From the NCBI GenBank assembly GCA_024693715.1, contig JAILKS010000052.1:4214-68213 (forward strand): a stretch of DNA of 64,000 bases, given 5' to 3'. Below are positions 28,018-35,574 of the stretch, piece by piece. Made by a program: the position numbers and the translations under genes. This DNA comes from Treponema sp. GTDB lineage: Bacteria > Spirochaetota > Spirochaetia > Treponematales > Treponemataceae. How positions within the stretch are numbered: the first letter of the stretch is position 1; each line of letters starts with the position of its first letter. A model generated the notes under the pieces. It saw nothing but the letters and a program-made list of their open reading frames with translations, searched no databases and was not told where the DNA came from.

Positions 28018-30066
28018 ATGTCACTGGACAAAATGCGTAACATCGGTATTATGGCTCACATTGATGCCGGAAAGACTACAACTACAGAGCGAATCCTTTT
28101 TTATACAGGAAAGATTCATAAAATCGGCGAAATTGATGACGGTCAGGCAACGATGGACTGGATGACTCAGGAACAGGAGCGTGGAATTACAATATGTTCT
28201 GCTGCAACTACGACTCAATGGAAGGGATATCAGATTAATATCATTGATACTCCTGGTCACGTAGATTTTACGGCAGAAGTAGAACGTTCTCTTCGTGTTC
28301 TTGATGGAGCGGTTGCAGTTATTTGTGCAGTTGATGGAGTACAGCCTCAGACGGAAACTGTCTGGAAACAGGCAGATGAATTTAAAGTTCCGCGTTTGTG
28401 CTTTATGAATAAAATGGACAGAATAGGCGCTGATTTTTATGCTTCGATGGAAGATGTTCACGAGAAGTTCGGCGTTGACTGTCTTGCCCTTCAGATTCCA
28501 ATCGGACAGGGACAGGATTTTGAAGGAGTAATAGATCTTCTTTCCATGAAGGAACTCAGGTTTGAGGGAGATGAAGGTGAAAAGGTTGTTGAATCAGAAA
28601 TAGATGCGTCACGTCTTGAGCAGGCGAAAGAGTATCGTGATAAGCTTGTTGAAATGGTTGCCGCCAGTGATGACGCTTTGATGGAGCTTTATCTTGACGG
28701 TAAGGAAATATCTTTAGAGCAGCTTAAGAATGCAATAAGAAAAGGAACTATAGAAAGAATTTTTGTTCCGTTTGTAATGGGAAGTGCGCGTCATAATCAG
28801 GGAGTTCAGCCTTTAATTGATGCAATCGTTGATTTTCTTCCATGTCCTTCAGATGTTCCTGCCGCAAAAGGATTGAAGATTAAAAAGGATGAGCAGGAAG
28901 AAGTAGAAATCCCATGTGATGTTTCAAAAATGCCGTGCGGTCTTGTTTTTAAAATTCAGTATGACCGTGAAATGGGACCTTTGTGTTATGTCCGCATGTA
29001 TTCCGGAAAGATTCAGGCAGGTACTCAAATTTTTAACGTTAATAAAAAGAAGCGTGAACGTGTAAACAGAATCTTAAGAATGCATGCCGATAAATCTGAA
29101 GCAATGGATTCTTTGACAGCCGGCGATATTGCAGTTTTCATAGGATTAAAACTGGCACAGACCGGAGATACAATCGGAACAGAAGCATTTAATGTTCTTC
29201 TTGAACAGCCTGTATTCCCGCAGCCTGTAATTTCTGTTGCACTTGAACCGGAAAGTATGTCTGAAAAAGACAAGATGAATGAAACGCTCGAAATTTTGAG
29301 TCGTGAAGATCCTACGTTTACCTCTCATGAAGATGAAGAAACCGGACAGCTTATTATAAGCGGAATGGGTGAGCTTCATCTTGACGTTCTTGTAACCCGT
29401 ATGCGTGATGATTTTGGCGTAAAGTGTAATGTAGGTGCTCCTCAGGTTACATATCGTGAATCAATAACTATGACTGCGTCTGCTTCTGAGGATTATTCAA
29501 AGGTTCTTGGTGGAAAAGAAAATAATGCAGGACTTACAATTGAAGTTTCTCCACGAGAACAGGGCAGCGGTAACAGTTATGAATGTACTGTAAGAAATAA
29601 CAGCATCCCTGAAGAAATTTATGATGCAGTTAAGACAGGCTTTGAATCTGCCCTCGCTTCGGGAATTAAATACGGATATCCTTGTACGGATGTCGGCGTA
29701 AAAGTAACAGATATAAAATATGATGAAGCAACATCAACAACATTTGCTTTTGAGGCATGTGCCGCACAGGTTTTTGATAAGGCTTGCAGTCAGGCAGATC
29801 CTCAGATTCTTGAGCCTGTTATGAATGTTGATATTTCATGTCCTAAAGAATTTGTCGGTCCTGCGTCAAGTCAGCTTTCACAGCGCGGCGGTAATATTAT
29901 GGGACAGGATTCAAAGACAACCGGTGAAATTATACATGCGACTGCTCCTATGGCAAATATGTTTGGTTTTACGACAAATCTTCGTTCTGCAACACAGGGA
30001 AGGGCAAGCTTCAGCATGGAATTCAGCCATTTTCAGATAAAGGCCGGCGGCTTGAATAATTTTTAA
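28018..30066 (+). CDS. fusA: Elongation factor G, stand-alone paralogue (EF-G2-like)
   Basis: AHIDAGKTT, RGITI, DTPGH, NKMD, GMGELHL, LEPVM motifs; not in an rpsL-rpsG-tuf context. Confidence 0.92.
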   Translation: MSLDKMRNIGIMAHIDAGKTTTTERILFYTGKIHKIGEIDDGQATMDWMTQEQERGITICSAATTTQWKGYQINIIDTPGHVDFTAEVERSLRVLDGAVAVICAVDGVQPQTETVWKQADEFKVPRLCFMNKMDRIGADFYASMEDVHEKFGVDCLALQIPIGQGQDFEGVIDLLSMKELRFEGDEGEKVVESEIDASRLEQAKEYRDKLVEMVAASDDALMELYLDGKEISLEQLKNAIRKGTIERIFVPFVMGSARHNQGVQPLIDAIVDFLPCPSDVPAAKGLKIKKDEQEEVEIPCDVSKMPCGLVFKIQYDREMGPLCYVRMYSGKIQAGTQIFNVNKKKRERVNRILRMHADKSEAMDSLTAGDIAVFIGLKLAQTGDTIGTEAFNVLLEQPVFPQPVISVALEPESMSEKDKMNETLEILSREDPTFTSHEDEETGQLIISGMGELHLDVLVTRMRDDFGVKCNVGAPQVTYRESITMTASASEDYSKVLGGKENNAGLTIEVSPREQGSGNSYECTVRNNSIPEEIYDAVKTGFESALASGIKYGYPCTDVGVKVTDIKYDEATSTTFAFEACAAQVFDKACSQADPQILEPVMNVDISCPKEFVGPASSQLSQRGGNIMGQDSKTTGEIIHATAPMANMFGFTTNLRSATQGRASFSMEFSHFQIKAGGLNNF

Positions 30067-30209
30067 TATCACATAGGTAGTTTTACCGATTAAGAGATTT
30101 TCTGTATATTTTTTAGTTAAACCTTTTAAAAAATTGCCTTCTTTTTTGTTTGTTTTATAATTGAGTATAAACAAAACAATATCGTTAATACGATTTTAAA
30201 GGAGTTGTT

Positions 30210-30773
30210 ATGAGAAAATTAAAAGGTGTTTTAACTGGTCTTGTATTAGTTACATTCATTTCTGCAGTATTTGCAAAAAGTGCTGTAGAACCTGTTAAGG
30301 TTGTTCTTTCAGAAGCAAATCTCTGGGGAACTGATGCAACTTTTGCAGATGGTGTTTATGGTACTGATGGTTCTGTAACCTTTACTGCTATGTATAAATA
30401 TGGTGGTGGCGGATACACTTTCAACATCAATGGAAAAACAGGAATTAACCTCAAAGATTATTCAACGCTTGAAATTGAATTTGACTATGAAACAGGTGCA
30501 TGGGAAAAACCTTCGGTTATGCCTAAATTCGGTGTAAAATACTGGGGTGCAGGTGCAACATTCTTTAACGGTGGTCAGGCTCTTGACTGGATCGATGCAG
30601 AATCTCCAAAAGGAACTGTAAAAAAATCAATCAGCCTTAAAGGAAAATCTGGAAAAGCACTTCGTATAGGAATTGTTTCTAATTCATGGCAGTGGGAAGG
30701 AAACGGTGACGGCAGCAATACAGGTGATGACACAGTAATCATTAAGGTTAAGAGCATAAAATTTGTTCCGTAA
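30210..30773 (+). CDS. Secreted beta-rich protein, possible carbohydrate-binding module
   Basis: Signal peptide ending VFA; aromatic-rich strands; INLKDYSTLEIEFD resembles galactose-binding-like beta-sandwich motifs. Confidence 0.5.
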   Translation: MRKLKGVLTGLVLVTFISAVFAKSAVEPVKVVLSEANLWGTDATFADGVYGTDGSVTFTAMYKYGGGGYTFNINGKTGINLKDYSTLEIEFDYETGAWEKPSVMPKFGVKYWGAGATFFNGGQALDWIDAESPKGTVKKSISLKGKSGKALRIGIVSNSWQWEGNGDGSNTGDDTVIIKVKSIKFVP

Positions 30774-30855
30774 TTTAAAAAAATTATTATCATTTTTTAA
30801 AATTATATGATACAATAATCCCATACTATTTAATTTACACGGGAGATTAAGTGAT

Positions 30856-32064
30856 ATGGGATTAATCAAAGCAATTGCCGGTGCTGCCGGTGGTGTTCTT
30901 GCTGATCAGTGGAAAGAGTTTTTCTATTGTGAAGCAATGAGTGCAGATGTAATTTGTACAAAAGGTCAGAAAAAAGTAACAAAACGTTCAAGTAATACAA
31001 AGGGCGATGAAAATATTATTTCAAATGGTTCTGTAGTTGCAGTTGCAGACGGACAGTGTATGCTCATCGTAGAGCAGGGAAAGGTTGTTGAAGTTTGTGC
31101 AGAGCCTGGTGAATTTGTTTGGGATAATTCAACTGAACCTTCAGTTTTTGCCGGAAAATTCGGAAAAAATCTTATAGATACATTTAAAAATATCGGTAAA
31201 CGTTTTACTTTTGGTGGAGAAGCTCCAAAGGATCAGAGGGTTTACTATTTCAATACAAAGGAAATTCCGGGAAATAAATATGGTACTCCAACACCGGTTC
31301 CATTCAGAGTTGTGGATGCCCGTGCAGGAATTGATATAGATATTGATGTAAAATGCTTTGGTGAATACAGCTACAAGGTTGTAGATCCGATTCTTTTTTA
31401 TACAAATGTTTCTGGTAACGTAACAGAGAATTATACACGCGATGCAATTGATTCTCAGTTGAAGAGTGAACTTTTAACTGCATTGCAGCCTGCATTTGCA
31501 AAGCTTTCTGAAAAAGGATACAGATACTCACAGGTTCCTGCTCATACAGAAGAGCTTGCTGAATATTTAAAAGAAGAATTAACAAAGAAATGGAAGGATT
31601 TTAGAGGCATTGAAATTGCTGCCTTTGGAGTTTCAACAATTTCTGCAGATGAAAAAGATGCTCAGATGCTCAAGGATCTTCAGAAAAATACAGCATTTAT
31701 GGATCCGACACGTGCCGCTGCAAATATCGTTGGCGCTCAGGCAGATGCAATGAAGGCTGCTGCAAATAATCCAAACGGTTCTGCAGGTGCATTTATGGGA
31801 ATGGGCATGGCAGGAGCTATGGGCGGTATGAATTCTCAGGCCTTGTTTGGAATGGGTGCTGCTGCAGGCGGATCTTCAAATAATGGAACTCAAGCTGCAG
31901 GCGGATCTGGTACATGGATTTGTTCATGTGGAACAACTGCAACAGGAAAATTCTGTCCTGAATGTGGAAATCCTAAGCCTGCCTCTGGAGAATGGACTTG
32001 TTCCTGTGGAGTAAAGAATACAGGAAAGTTCTGTTCAGAATGTGGTGCAAAGAAACCTGAATAA
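30856..32064 (+). CDS. SPFH/band-7 protein with C-terminal double zinc ribbon (YdjI / virion-core-like)
   Basis: MGLIKA start, AVADGQ, KEIPGNKYGT, CFGEYS; Gly/Met/Ala linker; two WxCxCG...GKFCxECG knuckles. Confidence 0.88.
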   Translation: MGLIKAIAGAAGGVLADQWKEFFYCEAMSADVICTKGQKKVTKRSSNTKGDENIISNGSVVAVADGQCMLIVEQGKVVEVCAEPGEFVWDNSTEPSVFAGKFGKNLIDTFKNIGKRFTFGGEAPKDQRVYYFNTKEIPGNKYGTPTPVPFRVVDARAGIDIDIDVKCFGEYSYKVVDPILFYTNVSGNVTENYTRDAIDSQLKSELLTALQPAFAKLSEKGYRYSQVPAHTEELAEYLKEELTKKWKDFRGIEIAAFGVSTISADEKDAQMLKDLQKNTAFMDPTRAAANIVGAQADAMKAAANNPNGSAGAFMGMGMAGAMGGMNSQALFGMGAAAGGSSNNGTQAAGGSGTWICSCGTTATGKFCPECGNPKPASGEWTCSCGVKNTGKFCSECGAKKPE

Positions 32065-32085
32065 TTTTTCTCATCTGGAGCTTAT

Positions 32086-33231
32086 ATGCCTAAAGTAACA
32101 ACTTATAAATGTCCTTCGTGTAACGGGCCAATGCATTTTTCAAGTTCATCGCAGAGACTTGAGTGTGATTACTGCGGTTCCTCTTTTTCGATAGAAGAAG
32201 TTGATAAGCTTTATTCAGGAAAGGTGGAACAGGCAGCGGAAGAAGGTGCAAAAGCAGCAGAAAAAGAAGAACAGACTTCATTTAATATAGATGGTGAGGC
32301 TCAGGTTCAGACAGGCGGATCCTGGGCAAGCTCAAATATGAAGGCTTATAACTGTTCTTCATGTGGTGCTGAATTAATTTGTGAACCGATTACAGTTTCA
32401 ACAAGCTGTCCTTATTGTGGAAATCCTACAATTATTCCGGGAAAGTTCAAGCAGGATGGTATGCCTAATTATATTATTCCGTTTAAGCTTGATAAGGAAG
32501 CTGCCGTAAATGCCCTTAAAAATTTTTATGGTAATAAAAAACTTCTTCCTAAGGTTTTTTCAAAGCAGAATCATATAGAAGAAGTAAAAGGTGTTTATAT
32601 TCCGTTCTGGCTTTATGATGGTGACATGGATGTAAGTGCAAGCTTTGAAGGTTCAAATACGACATCGTCGGTAAGCGGTGAATATAGAACGACTACTACA
32701 AAATATTACGATGTTCAGCGTGAAGCAAATATTCCTTTTGAAAAGGTACCTGTAGATGCTTCCATCAAAATGGATAATGCGCAGATGGATTCCCTTGAGC
32801 CTTTTGATTTCAAGGATCTTAAAACATTTTCGCCGTCTTATCTTCCTGGATATTTTGCAGAGGCCTATGATGATGATTCAAAAAACTGTTCAGATCGTCT
32901 TAAAGAAAGAGTTGAACAGAGTGCAGTACAGCGTCTTTATGCTTCGGTAACAGGATACTCTTCGGTTACTATGAAGAGCTGTAATGTAGATATGCACGTA
33001 AATAAAATCAATTATGCCTTTCTCCCGGTATGGCTTTTAAGTACAAAATGGAAGAATAATAATTATCTTTTTGCAATGAACGGGCAGACAGGGAAACTTG
33101 TTGGCGATTTACCAATGGATAAAGGAAAATACTGGCGCAGATTTATCGGTATTGTACTTTCAGTCGGTACAGTTGTTGCTGTTGCATGTTATTGGGGTGT
33201 GAAATTATGGATAATGTACAAAAACAGATAA
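32086..33231 (+). CDS. Zinc-ribbon membrane protein (YdjG-like)
   Basis: CPSC/CDYC and CSSC/CPYC ribbons, IIPFKLD, YIPFWLYD, FLPVW, MNGQTGK, C-terminal TM helix. Confidence 0.85.
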   Translation: MPKVTTYKCPSCNGPMHFSSSSQRLECDYCGSSFSIEEVDKLYSGKVEQAAEEGAKAAEKEEQTSFNIDGEAQVQTGGSWASSNMKAYNCSSCGAELICEPITVSTSCPYCGNPTIIPGKFKQDGMPNYIIPFKLDKEAAVNALKNFYGNKKLLPKVFSKQNHIEEVKGVYIPFWLYDGDMDVSASFEGSNTTSSVSGEYRTTTTKYYDVQREANIPFEKVPVDASIKMDNAQMDSLEPFDFKDLKTFSPSYLPGYFAEAYDDDSKNCSDRLKERVEQSAVQRLYASVTGYSSVTMKSCNVDMHVNKINYAFLPVWLLSTKWKNNNYLFAMNGQTGKLVGDLPMDKGKYWRRFIGIVLSVGTVVAVACYWGVKLWIMYKNR

Positions 33232-34037
33232 AAAAGCTTTTTCTTGCAGTAATATTTTTGTGTTCGATATTCGGTTTTGCATCTGCTCAGGTTGCAGAGG
33301 TTTATGATGAAGAAAAACTGCTTTCTTCTGAAGAAGTTGAATTATTAAAAACACAGGCCCTTGAAGTTTCTGAAAAATATAGAATTGGTGTTTACATTAC
33401 AATAGTTCGCGATATGGGAGAATACGGATATTCAAATATAGAAGATTTTACTGAATACTGGTATGACAATTTTGCTCCAGGCTGGGAAGGTTCAGGAGAA
33501 GCTGTTAATTTATGTCTTTCAATGGCAGACAGAAGTTATGAGTTTTTTGCCCATGGAGATTTATGTAATTCAGCATTTACGGATTATGGAAAGGATATTC
33601 TTATTAGTGATTATGTATTGCATTATCTTTCAAAGAATGATTATTATCTGGCATTTGAATCCTTTATAAAACAACTCCCGCGATATATTGATCATCAGAT
33701 GGAAGGTAATCCGATTGATGTTTCAAAGAGTTCAAGAGAAGAGGAAGGACCTCATCCTGCTTCTGATGGTGCAGTTGGACTTATATCGTCAATCCTCATT
33801 GCATTAGCAAATTTAAAGAAACATAAGAATGCCTTAAGTAATGTTAAAAAAGCGACAAATGCAAATAGTTATGTTCTTGGTTCACAGATTGTTTTCAGTG
33901 TAAGAAGTGATACATATTCACATTCTTCTACTCATACAGAAAGAATAGTCACGGAGTCCTCGAGCAGTTCCAGATCTTACCATGGCGGAACAACAATTTC
34001 CCATCATGGCTCATCGCATTCAAGCGGACATTTCTAG
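33207..34037 (+). CDS. TPM-domain membrane protein (YdjH-like)
   Basis: Signal peptide; VYDEEKLLSSEEV...IGVYITIV TPM start; TM helix; Ser/His/Gly-rich tail. ATG 33207 preferred over TTG 33186. Confidence 0.85.
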   Translation: MDNVQKQIKKLFLAVIFLCSIFGFASAQVAEVYDEEKLLSSEEVELLKTQALEVSEKYRIGVYITIVRDMGEYGYSNIEDFTEYWYDNFAPGWEGSGEAVNLCLSMADRSYEFFAHGDLCNSAFTDYGKDILISDYVLHYLSKNDYYLAFESFIKQLPRYIDHQMEGNPIDVSKSSREEEGPHPASDGAVGLISSILIALANLKKHKNALSNVKKATNANSYVLGSQIVFSVRSDTYSHSSTHTERIVTESSSSSRSYHGGTTISHHGSSHSSGHF

Positions 34038-34055
34038 TCTTTTTTGAATCTAAGT

Positions 34056-34113
34056 AAAAACAGAAAATTTCTATGTCTTTGTTAAAATAGCATGGAAGTT
34101 TTCTGTTTTTTTT
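34056..34113 (+). terminator. Intrinsic terminator of the SPFH-ZnR-TPM operon
   Basis: aaaaacagaaaatttctatg / catggaagttttctgttttt stem (G-U pairs) plus T8. Confidence 0.65.
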
Positions 34114-34257
34114 ATTTAACTTGGTGGGAAGAGGACAGCCTTGAAGGCGTCAGAAGGGATTTTGAAAAGATACAAAGCAGGCAAAGCCTGCGTCGAGCCT
34201 TCACGAGATGTCCTCGTTACACTGACATGGAAGTTTTCTGATTTTCTAATTAACTTG
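34091..34257. repeat. ~100-nt structured insert flanked by an imperfect ~33-bp direct repeat
   Basis: catggaagttttctg is exact at 34091-34105 and 34226-34240 and extends imperfectly to ttaacttg. The insert has nested stems gaggaca/tgtcctc, tgaaggc/gccttca and gcaggc-aaa-gcctgc. Confidence 0.6.
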
Positions 34258-34265
34258 ATATGATG

Positions 34266-34294
34266 TTGACATAAAATAATAAAAATGCTACTAT
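34266..34294 (+). promoter_or_regulatory. Sigma70 promoter of tRNA-Leu
   Basis: TTGACA (34266-34271), 17 nt, TACTAT (34289-34294). Confidence 0.8.
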
Positions 34295-34306
34295 CATTTT
34301 ACTTCC

Positions 34307-34388
<82 letters not shown>

Positions 34389-34395
34389 AAAAATT

Positions 34396-34422
34396 AGAGT
34401 TGCCAGGCAACTCTTTTTTTTT
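34396..34422 (+). terminator. Intrinsic terminator after tRNA-Leu
   Basis: agagttgcc-a-ggcaactct stem followed by a T-run. Confidence 0.75.
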
Positions 34423-34473
34423 ATTCATTTTATAAAAAATGTTGTTTTCAGGCGGCATTTTCTGAGGTAAAAA

Positions 34474-35205
34474 ATGATTGCTGTTTTAGTTAATTGTATT
34501 GCAGTTATAGCAGGTTCTTTTATCGGACTTTTGTTTTCAAAAAAATTTACAGATGAACTTTCAGATATGATTCAGACTGCTGCCGGCGTTGTAACAGTTG
34601 TTATCGGAATACAAATGGCATTTAAATATGACAGCATTGTTTATCTTACACTTTCACTTATTATCGGTGGAATGCTCGGATACCTGATTAATATTGATGG
34701 GGCAATCCTAAAGCTTGGCTCAAAGCTTGAAAGATTGACAAGACGAAAATCCTCTGAAATAACACAGGAAGACAGTCGTAAAAATTTCTCATATGCTTTT
34801 TTGAACGCATCGGTTTTATTTTGCGTAGGTGCAATGTCAATTGTCGGTTCATTTAAGGCAGGAGTCGAAAAAGATTATACAATCATCTTTACAAAATCAA
34901 TACTGGACGGTTTTATGGCAATCAGTTTTACTGCTGCAATGGGAATCGGTACAGTTTTTTCAGTTTTAATTATTTTAATTTATCAGGGTGCTCTTACTTT
35001 GCTTTCAAGTTTTTTACAGCCGTATGTATCAGATTTACTTTTGTCAGAAATATCTGCCTGCGGTGGGGCAATAATCATAATGATAGGAATTAATCTTTTG
35101 GGATTAAAAAAAATCAAGACGGCAAATTTTTTACCAGCCCTTGTTATAGAAATCCTTTTTGTTTTGCTTGTCCCCCTTGTTAAGAATTTAATCTTTAAAA
35201 ATTAA
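34474..35205 (+). CDS. DUF554 family membrane protein
   Basis: AVLVN start, LSLIIGG, ASVLFCVGAMSIVG, KSILDG, YQGALT motifs. Confidence 0.88.
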   Translation: MIAVLVNCIAVIAGSFIGLLFSKKFTDELSDMIQTAAGVVTVVIGIQMAFKYDSIVYLTLSLIIGGMLGYLINIDGAILKLGSKLERLTRRKSSEITQEDSRKNFSYAFLNASVLFCVGAMSIVGSFKAGVEKDYTIIFTKSILDGFMAISFTAAMGIGTVFSVLIILIYQGALTLLSSFLQPYVSDLLLSEISACGGAIIIMIGINLLGLKKIKTANFLPALVIEILFVLLVPLVKNLIFKN

Positions 35206-35259
35206 AAAGTTATTTGTTTTTTTGGTAATAAAAGTATATAATTAACTCAGGAGGAATGT

Positions 35260-35574
35260 TTGATGAAAAACAATAGCCCGGCAGTTACACCAGAGTTAGT
35301 TGAAGCAACAAAAAAAGAACTTATTGAAATTGCCTCATCTTTAGATCCGAAGTTACTTTTAGAATTTTGTGAATGCATTTTTACGCCTATAGAGATAAAA
35401 GATCTTGTGAACCGATGGCTTTTGGTTAAAGAGATAAATAACGGAGTTCCTCAAAGAATTATTGCTCAAAAGTATGGGATGTCCCTTTGTAAAATAACAC
35501 GCGGTTCAAAAGAACTTAATAAACCGGATAGTGCTTTCAGAAAGATTTTGGATCAGCGTGAAAATAAAAAATAA
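35260..35574 (+). CDS. TrpR-like (YerC/YecD) transcriptional regulator
   Basis: FCECIFTPIEIKDLVNRW...PQRIIAQKYGMSLCKITRGSKELN matches the TrpR-family HTH; AGGAGG SD (ATG 35263 also possible). Confidence 0.85.
   Translation: MMKNNSPAVTPELVEATKKELIEIASSLDPKLLLEFCECIFTPIEIKDLVNRWLLVKEINNGVPQRIIAQKYGMSLCKITRGSKELNKPDSAFRKILDQRENKK

Noticed and set aside
31861-31908. 15-bp direct repeat gctgcaggcggatct in the SPFH gene
   Set aside because: It encodes a repeated AAGGS linker; ordinary low-complexity coding sequence.
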